A stretch of DNA of 64,000 bases from an uncultured Candidatus Saccharibacteria bacterium. Lineage in GTDB: Bacteria > Patescibacteriota > Dojkabacteria > J137. Of the stretch, positions 20,251 to 28,381 are shown piece after piece (the first letter of the stretch is position 1; every line of letters starts with the position of its first letter). A program made the position numbers and the translations under genes. A model generated the notes under the pieces. The model did not search any database. It saw only the letters and a list, made by a program, of their open reading frames with translations, and was not told the origin of the DNA. The DNA is taken from the NCBI GenBank assembly GCA_965230975.1, contig OZ246402.1, forward strand, positions 165,771-229,770, given 5' to 3'.

Positions 20251-20778
20251 CTAACTTGTAGTTTCTATGGCTTCTTTAAGAGAATGTAATCCTCTTTTTT
20301 GCATTGTTTTTACATAATTCATATTTTTATCTAATTTTACGCAAATCTCTTTAAGACTAAGTTTTTCTATAAACCTTAGTCTCATTACAACTCTTTGCTT
20401 TTCTGGTATAAATTGCATATATCTTAAAAGTTTTTCTTCTACAGTCTCACTTTCTTGCTCTGTTTCTTTAACAAACTGTGCACAATATTCTTCAAAATCA
20501 TCGTCTAAATCTGAAAATGGAATGCCTTGCCTATACTTGTCTTTTAAATATCTCATAAAAATATTTTTGGCAATACCGTACAAAAAGTGTGAAGGTTTTT
20601 CAATTTCGTTTTCGTTAGCATTTTTTGCAATATTTGCAAACGCAAGGAATGTTTCTTGGGTTAAATCTTCTGCGATGTCTTTAGATAGTACTTTGTAGTA
20701 GAAAAATTTATATAATTTATTAAAATGTTGGTCGTAAAGTTCTGCTATGTTCAAAGTTTGAGTATTCGATATTTGCAT
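20251..20778 (-). CDS. ECF-type sigma-70 family sigma factor
   Basis: Region 2 DLTQETFLAFAN and region 4 QRVVMRLRFIEKLSLKEICVKLDKNMNYVKTMQKRGLHSLKE. Confidence 0.8.
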   Translation of the reverse strand: MQISNTQTLNIAELYDQHFNKLYKFFYYKVLSKDIAEDLTQETFLAFANIAKNANENEIEKPSHFLYGIAKNIFMRYLKDKYRQGIPFSDLDDDFEEYCAQFVKETEQESETVEEKLLRYMQFIPEKQRVVMRLRFIEKLSLKEICVKLDKNMNYVKTMQKRGLHSLKEAIETTS

Positions 20779-20867
20779 TAATAAAATGATGTATTAAACA
20801 AGTACTTCTTAGTGTACACTAAGGTAAATCAATTTTAAAACGAGTACATAAATTTTAATATAACAAT

Positions 20868-21479
20868 ATGGCTAAAATTGCTCACATATTCAAATTAAAT
20901 AAAGTTATTTGGCTATTAACTTTCTCAGATATTTTTTCCTGGGGTTTGTTTTTGAGTATAACTTCTTTAGTTGGCATTTATTTATCTAACAAGCTTGGTT
21001 ACGACGCTCTAGAAGTTGTGGGTATTGGCGTTGGTTTAAGTTATTTAATTAGAGGTGTTAGTCAAATTCCAATTGGCTTGGTAACAGATAATATTAAAAA
21101 AGATAGAGATGATTTATTAATTTTAATTACAGGATCTATTTTAATGGGTTTGCCATTTTTATTTTACCCGGTAATACAAAGTGCTTTAGCTTTTTACTTT
21201 CTGCATGGGATCTTTGGTTTTGGTGCAGCAATGAACTTGGTTACATGGAGAAAGCTTTTTGCAAAAAATTTAGATAAGGGTAAAGAGGGTTTTACTTATG
21301 CGGTGTACGATACAATTATGAGTGCGGCTATAGCTTTATTTAGCTTTGTAGGGGGCATTTTAGCAAGCAATAGTCCGGCGATTTTTGACTTAGTTTTAAT
21401 GGGTATTGGAGTTGCTATTATGGCAAGTAGCACTTTGCCAGCATTAATTTTTGATGTAAGTGATAGAAAAAGCGTTTAG
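20868..21479 (+). CDS. 6-TM membrane protein, MFS half-transporter-like
   Basis: 203 aa, 6 predicted helices, G-rich loop spacing resembling an MFS C-domain. Weak call. Confidence 0.35.
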   Translation: MAKIAHIFKLNKVIWLLTFSDIFSWGLFLSITSLVGIYLSNKLGYDALEVVGIGVGLSYLIRGVSQIPIGLVTDNIKKDRDDLLILITGSILMGLPFLFYPVIQSALAFYFLHGIFGFGAAMNLVTWRKLFAKNLDKGKEGFTYAVYDTIMSAAIALFSFVGGILASNSPAIFDLVLMGIGVAIMASSTLPALIFDVSDRKSV

Positions 21480-21496
21480 TTTAGCTAAACTAATTT

Positions 21497-22930
21497 ATGA
21501 CTTTAGATTCAAGAATAAAAAAACTAAATACCTCTAAAGATAAATCCCAAAGCAATGTAACCGTTTACGTTATGTCTCGCGATCAAAGAGTTTTAGATAA
21601 CCATGCTCTGCTTTATGCTAAAAGTTTAGGTAATGTTGTTGTTTTGTTTAATTTGTATTCAAACGTTCCAAACAGAATTTACCAACAGTATGAATTTATG
21701 ATTGAAGGACTTAAAGTGGTTCAAGAAGATCTATCAAAGTTAAATATTCCCTTTGTCTTAGCTACTGGAAATGCTTTAGAAAATTTAAAGGCAATAGAGA
21801 AAAATTTAAATCCCAAGGCTTTTGTTTTTGACTTTTCTCCGTTAAAAGGACCTCAAAACTTAAGAAAGTCCTTTACGAATGACTCAAATACTCCAATATT
21901 TGAAGTAGATACTCATAATATTGTTCCGGTTTGGATATCATCAGACAAAGAAGAATATGGAGCATATACTTTGAGACCAAAGATATATAAACAATTGAAT
22001 ACATGGTTACAAGAACCTGAGAAAGTTAAATATCAAGTAGGTAAATTAAAATTAAATCTTTCAAATAGTTTTGTAATAAATCCAACTAATAACGAGTGGG
22101 AAAAGATAAAATCTTCAATCAAAGCAGAAAAAGTTGAAGGCTACTCTCCTGAATTTACTTCAGGTTCAAAATACGCTTTTCAAACTTTAGAAGATTTCTT
22201 GGTAAATAAGATTCAGGACTATTCGGAAAAGAGAAATGACCCATCTTTAGATTTTCAATCTAATTTGAGCCCGTATTTACATTTTGGGCATATATCAAGT
22301 TTAAGAGTTGTTTTGGAAGTTCAAAAGTTGATGAGAGATAAACTAGGCAAGGATTTAAATCCAGATTTGTTTAAAAATCAGGCTGGACAAGCGCACAAGG
22401 CAACTTTAGAAGATTCTATTTATGCATTTATAGAAGAGGTAGTTGTAAGAAAAGAATTGTCAGATAACTTTTGTTATTACAATAAGAACTACGATAATTT
22501 AAAGGGTGCAAAAGATTGGGCAATAAAATCTTTAAAAAAGCATGAATCTGATATTAGGGAATCTATATACTCCTTTGAAGAACTTGAAGGCGCTCAAACC
22601 AAAGATGTAGCTTGGAATAGTGCACAAATGCAACTTATTACAAAAGGTAAAATCCATGGGTACATGCGAATGTACTGGGCCAAAAAACTTTTGGAGTGGA
22701 CTAAATCACCAGATCAGGCACTTGGGTTTGCTATTAAGCTTAACGATAAATATAGTTTAGATGGTTACGACCCAAATGGTTATACCGGAATTATGTGGAG
22801 CATTTGTGGAATTCACGACCGACCATGGTTTGAGCGCCACGTATTTGGTCAAATTAGGTACATGAGTTTCGATGGATTAAAAAAGAAGTTTGATTTGGAA
22901 CGCTATAAGAATAAATATACAAAATTCTAA
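21497..22930 (+). CDS. phr: class II CPD deoxyribodipyrimidine photolyase
   Basis: Aligns along its length with archaeal/eukaryotic class II photolyases. Matching segments: VYVMSRDQRVLDNHALLYA, YEFMIEGLKVVQEDLSKLNIPF, IFEVDTHNIVPVW, EYGAYTLRPKIY, RNDPSLDFQSNLSPYLHFGHISSLRVVLEV, WNSAQMQLITKGKIHGYMRMYWAKKLLEW...LNDKYSLDGYDPNGYTGIMWSICGIHDRPW...IRYMSFDGLKKKFD. Confidence 0.9.
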   Translation: MTLDSRIKKLNTSKDKSQSNVTVYVMSRDQRVLDNHALLYAKSLGNVVVLFNLYSNVPNRIYQQYEFMIEGLKVVQEDLSKLNIPFVLATGNALENLKAIEKNLNPKAFVFDFSPLKGPQNLRKSFTNDSNTPIFEVDTHNIVPVWISSDKEEYGAYTLRPKIYKQLNTWLQEPEKVKYQVGKLKLNLSNSFVINPTNNEWEKIKSSIKAEKVEGYSPEFTSGSKYAFQTLEDFLVNKIQDYSEKRNDPSLDFQSNLSPYLHFGHISSLRVVLEVQKLMRDKLGKDLNPDLFKNQAGQAHKATLEDSIYAFIEEVVVRKELSDNFCYYNKNYDNLKGAKDWAIKSLKKHESDIRESIYSFEELEGAQTKDVAWNSAQMQLITKGKIHGYMRMYWAKKLLEWTKSPDQALGFAIKLNDKYSLDGYDPNGYTGIMWSICGIHDRPWFERHVFGQIRYMSFDGLKKKFDLERYKNKYTKF

Positions 22931-22934
22931 AATC

Positions 22935-22970
22935 AAAAAGAAGACCCCCGATTTCTCGGGGGTTAGAAAG
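22935..22970. terminator. rho-independent terminator between convergent phr and the glsB-like gene
   Basis: ACCCCCGA-tttc-TCGGGGGT (22944-22963). On the minus strand it is followed by CTTCTTTTTGATTTT. Confidence 0.7.
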
Positions 22971-22986
22971 TGGTAAATTGAAGATA

Positions 22987-23253
22987 TTATCTCCGAAGAA
23001 GCTTAACTATCCAAATGAACACTGCTGCTCCTAGGATAGATACCAAGAGGCTTGCTAAGTTGAAGTTATTAAAAGCGGTGCTAAATTCTAGTCGTCCACT
23101 ATTTAAAAATACAATAATAGCTCCTCCAACAATTGAACCAACCATACCGATGATTACATTGGTTAAACAACCCATTTGAGCATCCGTTTTCATTATCAAA
23201 CTTGCAACCCAACCTGCAATCCCTCCCACGATAATCCAAGCTATTAACTCCAT
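22987..23253 (-). CDS. GlsB/YeaQ/YmgE-family small stress-response membrane protein
   Basis: MELIAWIIVGGIAGWVASLIMKTDAQMGCLTNVIIGMVGSIVGGAII is the family signature. Confidence 0.75.
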   Translation of the reverse strand: MELIAWIIVGGIAGWVASLIMKTDAQMGCLTNVIIGMVGSIVGGAIIVFLNSGRLEFSTAFNNFNLASLLVSILGAAVFIWIVKLLRR

Positions 23254-23431
23254 AATTAAAATATAATAAGTAATTATTTATATAATAGTTTGGATATTTA
23301 ATTTGCTATTAAAGAAATTGTAAAAAATTTCTAATTTTGAGTAAGTGGTGTGTACAAAAAGTGCTTATAACTAAGCTAAGTGTTCGTTTTAAGCATTGTT
23401 AAGCTTTCGAATTTATCTGTTTAACTTGTTT

Positions 23432-23689
23432 TTAGCCTTCGTGGTTTTGGTACAGCGCTATTATTTCACCAATTGATTTGCATGGAGTCAGGTCTTCATA
23501 GCTATCTGGTTGTACTAAAGCTTGGGGGCCACCTTCATCTTCAAAAGATGAAGCTTCTGCATATTTTCTTATAACTGCCATAACCCATTCACGTTGATTA
23601 GGAGAAAGTTTAGATAAATCTAAGCTTTCAACAATTTTAGACAAAGGTAATCCTTCACCTATTGGTGAGTTTTCATCGATTAAGCCCAT
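23432..23689 (-). CDS. hypothetical small protein
   Basis: 85-aa ORF 20 nt downstream of valS, same strand. Confidence 0.35.
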   Translation of the reverse strand: MGLIDENSPIGEGLPLSKIVESLDLSKLSPNQREWVMAVIRKYAEASSFEDEGGPQALVQPDSYEDLTPCKSIGEIIALYQNHEG

Positions 23690-23709
23690 GGGGTGAAATT
23701 AATAAGTAA

Positions 23710-26700
23710 TCACCACCTACTATACATCAAAACTTTATGATCTTCAGCTGTTTTTGGTACCTCGTTCCAAATATATTGTGTAATAAATGGAATGAACGGG
23801 TGCAACATTTTCAAGTACTCTTTCAAAACATAAACCATTGTTAAAACTACCTCTTGTCGTATTTTTGCATCTGGTTCCGAAATTATTGCACCACTTTCTC
23901 TATCTTTAACTGTGTTTATAAATGGTTTTGATTCTTCTATTAGTACATCACAAAATGTTTTCCAAAATTCTTCGTACAATGTTTCTGTTGCGTAACCAAA
24001 TTCATAAGCGTCAACGTTTTTTGTAACTTTTGATTTCACCTGCTTAATGTGCTCAACTAATTTGATCGAAAATTCGTTTGATACTTTTTCTGCATCAAAG
24101 TTTGCTGGCTCTACTCCTTCTGCATTTGTAAGTACAAATCTGCTAGCATTCCAAATCTTATTCATGAATTGCTTAAAGTTTTTTAGCTTGTCGTATGTGA
24201 TTGCATAATTTCCGCCTGCTTTGTTTTGGTAAAAGTAAACCATTCTTACTGCGTCAGTTCCATATTCACTAACGATTTTGTCCATATCAATCATGTTGCC
24301 TTTAGATTTACTCATCTTTTGTCCATCTGTTCCTAAAACTAACCCTGTTAAGAATAAGTTTTCAAATGGAATTTGCTTGTCATGAAAGTAGGTAAACATC
24401 ATCATTCTTGAATCCCAGTTTTCTAAAATATCATGTGCGGATACTAAAACTTTTGTAGGGAAGAATGTGTCTTTTAAGTTGTGAGCTTGTAAAGTTGCAT
24501 AAACCCATTGTCCACTGCTAAACCAAGTGTCTAAAACGTTTTCGTCTTGATGCCATTCGGAAGTATTAAGTTCTAAGTTATAAGTTGTGAGATCTTTTTG
24601 TGGCTCAAATACAAAAGTAATCTTTTCTAGGTTATCGTGAGGTTTATTAACAATATCTTTGTAATCTCTATCTTTTAGTTTGTTTTCAAGTGTTCTTAAT
24701 ACTCCACCATGAGTCACGATTAATACCTTATTACCTTGATATTTTGTTTTAATCTCTTCGAATGCTCTTAAGATTCTCGATTCAAAGTTAGGGATTGTTT
24801 CAATATTGGCTTTTTCGGGGTGGTTATCAACCAAGTCGTAAATATCATTTGCAAATTCCGGGAATTTTTTAATGGCCTCTGCTCTAGTTAATCCTTCAAA
24901 GTCCCCAAAGTTCTTTTCTCTTAAGTTGGAATCTTTAATTATCTTGCTTTTATCAAAACCTATTTTGTCTGCAATTATCTCTGCAGTTTGAATCGCTCTA
25001 TTTAAATCTGAGCAAATAATGTAGTCATAGCATTCTGTGGATTCAAAATTTCTTGCTTGCTCTTTTCCTTTTTCTGTCAAATCAGTATTTGTATGACCAC
25101 CGAATCTCTTTTCAACATTAGCAATTGTCTCACCATGTCTAATAACATCAATAATTGTTGAATCAGGATTATGTAGCTGTACTCTTAAATGATTAGGGTT
25201 GTCGTATTCAAGTGGAATCCAATCTTGATTTTGCCTTTTTTCTCTTTTCATTTGAATCATATACAATTCTCCAGGTCCTTCTTTTCGACCTTCAACTGGG
25301 TATTCTTCAAATCCAAATTTTAAATAGAACTCTTTTAAATTAGCTTTTTCAGGGGTTGCAATGTGTATCTCTAGTTTATCACCAAAATCATCTAAAACTT
25401 TATACATTAATAGTTTACCCACTCCCTGTTTTTGATACTGCTTGCTTACATAAATATTTAGCCAATGTATTCTATCTGTATCCCTGATATTTTCTAAATC
25501 AATCCAACCAATAACTTCCCCATCTTTTTCTGCAATAAATACGATATTGTTTTCATCAATAATCATATCTTGATACTCTTTTATCTTTTCAAGATCATCC
25601 GATTTTCTACCATATTTATTAGCAATAACTTCTGCAGTGACACCTCTCTCTTCGTCAATAAAACTTTGCATCCAACCTTGAACATCAATCTCGTGCATGA
25701 TTGATGCATCTTTGAGTTCAGCTTTACGAATAGTGATGTCGCTGTGTGTATAAAAAGGCTTTGTTAGCCTAATCAGTTCTCTAACCTGTCCATTTTCATC
25801 AATTTCTTCTTTAATTTCTCCGTGGTACCAAACTGGTAATCTGTAACCCCACCAAAGGCTTCTTGAAATTGCCCAATCTCTTAGGTTTTCCATCCAGTGG
25901 TTAAATTTATCTACCATGTTTTCTGGGTGAATAGTAACTTGGCCATTTTTTACCATTTCTATTGCAGCCTGCTTTATGTTGTTTTCTGGAGTGTCGTATT
26001 TTAAATACCATTGAGAAGATAGAATTGGTTCAATTAAAGCTCCTGTTCTTTCAGATTTATTAATACTTTGTTTAATAGATTCCTCTTTAATTAAGTATCC
26101 TTCATTTTTCAAATCTTCGATTATTAAATCTTTAACCTTAGTGTATTTTTGATTCCTATACTTTTCAGGTACATAATCACTTACAAGCATTAGATTGCCA
26201 TCGATAATATTTCTGGCTGTAATTGATTTGTTAGGATTCTCTTTGTTCCATTCAAGCATTGTTTGATAGTCATCTTGAGAGTGTGCAGGAGTAATTTTTA
26301 GTGCTCCAGTTCCAAAGTCTGTTAAAACTTTATAGTTAGTAATAATTGGGATTTTAATATTAGTTAAAGGAATAATAACCTCTTTACCAACAATATCTTT
26401 GTATCTAGGGTCAGATGGATTAACCGCTACTGCTGTATCTCCAAACATCGTTTCCGGTCTTGTTGTTGCAACAGTTACAGATTTAGAACTGTCATCTGCA
26501 AACTTATATTGAAGATAGTAAAGTTTCCCGTCTCTCTCCTCTCTTACCATTTGATTATCTGCAACTGCTGTTCGTGCTTTTGGGTCCCAGTTAACAATTC
26601 TTACACCCTTATAAATCATACCTGCTTTATACATTTCTACAAATGTATTTAAAACAGTATCTACAACTCTTGGGTCTAATGTAAAAATATTTCTGTCATA

Positions 26701-27162
26701 ATCTGCCGAAAGACCAATATGCTTTTCATCATTCATTGCAATCTCCATATTCTTTTTAAAGAACTCCATCATCTCGGCATAAAAATCCTCTCTAGTCATA
26801 TCAAACTTGTTTCTACCCTGCTTTTCTAAAACATCTCTAATAAAAACGCCTTCACCTTCAAGCCCAGCATGATCTTTACCCGGCAAAACTAAAACTTTCT
26901 TACCCTGCATTCTGGCATATCTAGCCATTGCATCTTGATAAGCGTAACCGGAAATGTTTCCAATGTGAGGCCTTGCATAAGCGTTTGGCGGCGGACAAAT
27001 TAATGCCCATGGTTCTCTTGGATCTGCCTTCATCTCTTCAACTGACATTAATTTGTCCGTTGTAGGATTGTATTCAGGCTTGTGATAGCCGTTATTAAGC
27101 CATAAATCTAAAATTATCTTTTCGTATTCTGTTGGGTTGTATGGACCTTGTGGTAGTGACAT
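23710..27162 (-). CDS. valS: valyl-tRNA synthetase carrying an internal GNAT + histidine-phosphatase insertion
   Basis: CPPPNAYARPHIGN (HIGH), the CP1 editing domain TTRPETMFGDTAVAVNPSDPRY, NHWMENLRDWAISRSLWWGYRLPVWY, DENVLDTWFSS and GQKMSKSKGN identify ValRS. Between PVWY (aa ~446) and DVLDTWFSS (aa ~877) there are ~425 aa, where E. coli ValRS has ~35. There is no C-terminal coiled-coil. Confidence 0.9.
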   Translation of the reverse strand: MSLPQGPYNPTEYEKIILDLWLNNGYHKPEYNPTTDKLMSVEEMKADPREPWALICPPPNAYARPHIGNISGYAYQDAMARYARMQGKKVLVLPGKDHAGLEGEGVFIRDVLEKQGRNKFDMTREDFYAEMMEFFKKNMEIAMNDEKHIGLSADYDRNIFTLDPRVVDTVLNTFVEMYKAGMIYKGVRIVNWDPKARTAVADNQMVREERDGKLYYLQYKFADDSSKSVTVATTRPETMFGDTAVAVNPSDPRYKDIVGKEVIIPLTNIKIPIITNYKVLTDFGTGALKITPAHSQDDYQTMLEWNKENPNKSITARNIIDGNLMLVSDYVPEKYRNQKYTKVKDLIIEDLKNEGYLIKEESIKQSINKSERTGALIEPILSSQWYLKYDTPENNIKQAAIEMVKNGQVTIHPENMVDKFNHWMENLRDWAISRSLWWGYRLPVWYHGEIKEEIDENGQVRELIRLTKPFYTHSDITIRKAELKDASIMHEIDVQGWMQSFIDEERGVTAEVIANKYGRKSDDLEKIKEYQDMIIDENNIVFIAEKDGEVIGWIDLENIRDTDRIHWLNIYVSKQYQKQGVGKLLMYKVLDDFGDKLEIHIATPEKANLKEFYLKFGFEEYPVEGRKEGPGELYMIQMKREKRQNQDWIPLEYDNPNHLRVQLHNPDSTIIDVIRHGETIANVEKRFGGHTNTDLTEKGKEQARNFESTECYDYIICSDLNRAIQTAEIIADKIGFDKSKIIKDSNLREKNFGDFEGLTRAEAIKKFPEFANDIYDLVDNHPEKANIETIPNFESRILRAFEEIKTKYQGNKVLIVTHGGVLRTLENKLKDRDYKDIVNKPHDNLEKITFVFEPQKDLTTYNLELNTSEWHQDENVLDTWFSSGQWVYATLQAHNLKDTFFPTKVLVSAHDILENWDSRMMMFTYFHDKQIPFENLFLTGLVLGTDGQKMSKSKGNMIDMDKIVSEYGTDAVRMVYFYQNKAGGNYAITYDKLKNFKQFMNKIWNASRFVLTNAEGVEPANFDAEKVSNEFSIKLVEHIKQVKSKVTKNVDAYEFGYATETLYEEFWKTFCDVLIEESKPFINTVKDRESGAIISEPDAKIRQEVVLTMVYVLKEYLKMLHPFIPFITQYIWNEVPKTAEDHKVLMYSRW
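24583..25161 (-). other. histidine-phosphatase (phosphoglycerate-mutase-like, branch 1) domain embedded in valS, about aa 668-860
   Basis: IIDVIRHGETIANVEKRFGGHTNTDLTEKGKEQAR carries the RHGE catalytic His motif. ICSDLNRAIQTAEII and LIVTHGGVLRTL supply the second catalytic His motif. Confidence 0.7.
25243..25725 (-). other. GNAT (N-acetyltransferase) domain embedded in valS, about aa 480-640
   Basis: IVFIAEKDGEVIGWIDLE...HWLNIYVSKQYQKQGVGKLLMYKVLD...ANLKEFYLKFGFEE is the GNAT beta4-alphaC acetyl-CoA-binding Q/RxxGxG/A motif plus a C-terminal YxxxGF. Confidence 0.7.
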
Positions 27163-27360
27163 GGTACGTTCAATAACAATTATTTATTACTGAGGACGGG
27201 TATTCCGTGGTACCACCTCTATTCTCTTGATTGAAGATCAAGACTTATTTCTTAAGCTGTAACGGGCTTGTCCCGAAAGATTCTACTTTTGGTTACTCAA
27301 TTTCTTTCTTTCACTTTCCAAGTGACGTTTCTTGGATATTGCGTGTTAGTTGAATTATAC
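27163..27360 (-). promoter_or_regulatory. valS 5' leader with a T-box-like antiterminator element; candidate -10 TATAAT at 27354-27359 on the minus strand
   Basis: Minus-strand RNA reads ...GAAUAGAGGUGGUACCACGGAAUACCCGUCCUCAGUAAUAAAUAAUUGUUAUUGAACGUACC-AUG. GAGGUGGUACCACGG matches the T-box consensus AGGGUGGNACCGCGG in 12 of 15 positions. It folds as helix A1 GAGG/CCUC, a 7-nt bulge UGGUACC (N = U, complementary to discriminator A73 of tRNA-Val), and helix A2 ACGG-AAUAC-CCGU. Upstream hairpins include UCUUGAU-cuuca-AUCAAGA, CGGG-acaag-CCCG and CCAAG-n8-CUUGG. Confidence 0.5.
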
Positions 27361-27474
27361 AATAAGAAGATAATTAGTGCTATGGGGTTATTGCTTAAGA
27401 TTACGGTTCTCTAAAATAGACAATGGCAAATATTTTATAGTAAACTTTGTAAGTTAGTTTTTAAAGTAAGCAAT

Positions 27475-27990
27475 ATGAATGACATGCCAACCTCCTCTCG
27501 TAAAAATTTTGATGAAGATACTATCAGAAACTTTTTTAGAGTAGAAGGTAATCAAATTGATAATGTAAAAGTAAATATTTTTCTTAGAATGGTTATTGAA
27601 CAAGTTATTCAACAATTAAAAGGCTTTGAGCAAATAGGAGTCGCAAGGAAACAATTTGATATAAGTAGTCTCAGAGCTTTGATAAGAAATACTTTGAGGT
27701 CAGCTATTCAGACATTAACTCAGAATATATACATGGTTGAGAGGGGCGTGCCAGTCAAGCAGGGTGCCTTAGTAGGGTTTTCTCAGGAAGAGTTGCAAAT
27801 TCTGTTAGCTGCTATATCCAATAGAATACCGAGAGAAAATGTTAGTGGTAAGTTCGATTATGTTGCAAAGTCGGAACTGGAGGATCTACTAAATAATGCG
27901 TTTACAGATATAGACTTTGAGAATGCTGAAGATAGAGAACTATTGATGAATGAACTTAAATCAGTATCCGGTAGATTATTGGGGAATTAA
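27475..27990 (+). CDS. hypothetical protein
   Basis: 171-aa ORF divergent from valS. No recognised motif. Confidence 0.4.
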   Translation: MNDMPTSSRKNFDEDTIRNFFRVEGNQIDNVKVNIFLRMVIEQVIQQLKGFEQIGVARKQFDISSLRALIRNTLRSAIQTLTQNIYMVERGVPVKQGALVGFSQEELQILLAAISNRIPRENVSGKFDYVAKSELEDLLNNAFTDIDFENAEDRELLMNELKSVSGRLLGN

Positions 27991-28013
27991 ATCCCCAATT
28001 CAGCATTTTTTTA

Positions 28014-28364
28014 TTAGGTAAGCCTCTTCTTCAACTCCTCGTTCTCTTTAATTAGGGCTTCTATTGCTTTATAGGTAAGTTCGTTAAACTTTTGTTGTTT
28101 CATGCTCTGTTTTTCAATAACGTTAACAACCGTATTAATTATTAATCCTTGAACTTTTGTTTTTACCTTGCCAATAAAACCACCTCTCTCTCTAGATTTG
28201 AATGAATATAGCGAACCCAAAACATCTTTAGAACTTTTTAAACCCGGAAGTAAATATTCTTTAAGCAATGTAGAGTTATCAATATCATTTACAGAATTAT
28301 CAATACCCTCTTCTTTTAAAAGTGAATTAACTTTATCTAACAACTCTTTACTCTTTTCTTCCAT
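28014..28364 (-). CDS. hypothetical coiled-coil protein
   Basis: 116-aa K/E-rich ORF, 17 nt downstream of the 367-aa gene on the same strand. Confidence 0.35.
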   Translation of the reverse strand: MEEKSKELLDKVNSLLKEEGIDNSVNDIDNSTLLKEYLLPGLKSSKDVLGSLYSFKSRERGGFIGKVKTKVQGLIINTVVNVIEKQSMKQQKFNELTYKAIEALIKENEELKKRLT

Positions 28365-28381
28365 AATAAAAATTTAAACTA

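Noticed and set aside
23710-27162. Possibility that the valS insertion is an intein
   Set aside because: The inserted segment lacks intein splicing blocks (N-terminal Cys/Ser, C-terminal His-Asn plus a following Cys/Ser/Thr). It is instead composed of two recognisable enzyme folds, GNAT and histidine phosphatase.
27197-27208. Perfect 12-nt palindrome GGTGGTACCACC in the valS leader as a protein operator or restriction-type site
   Set aside because: The palindrome falls out of the T-box consensus (GGUGGUACC) combined with helix A2. The surrounding A1/bulge/A2/A1' geometry fits a T-box better than a protein operator, so it is kept only as the alternative that would refute the T-box call.
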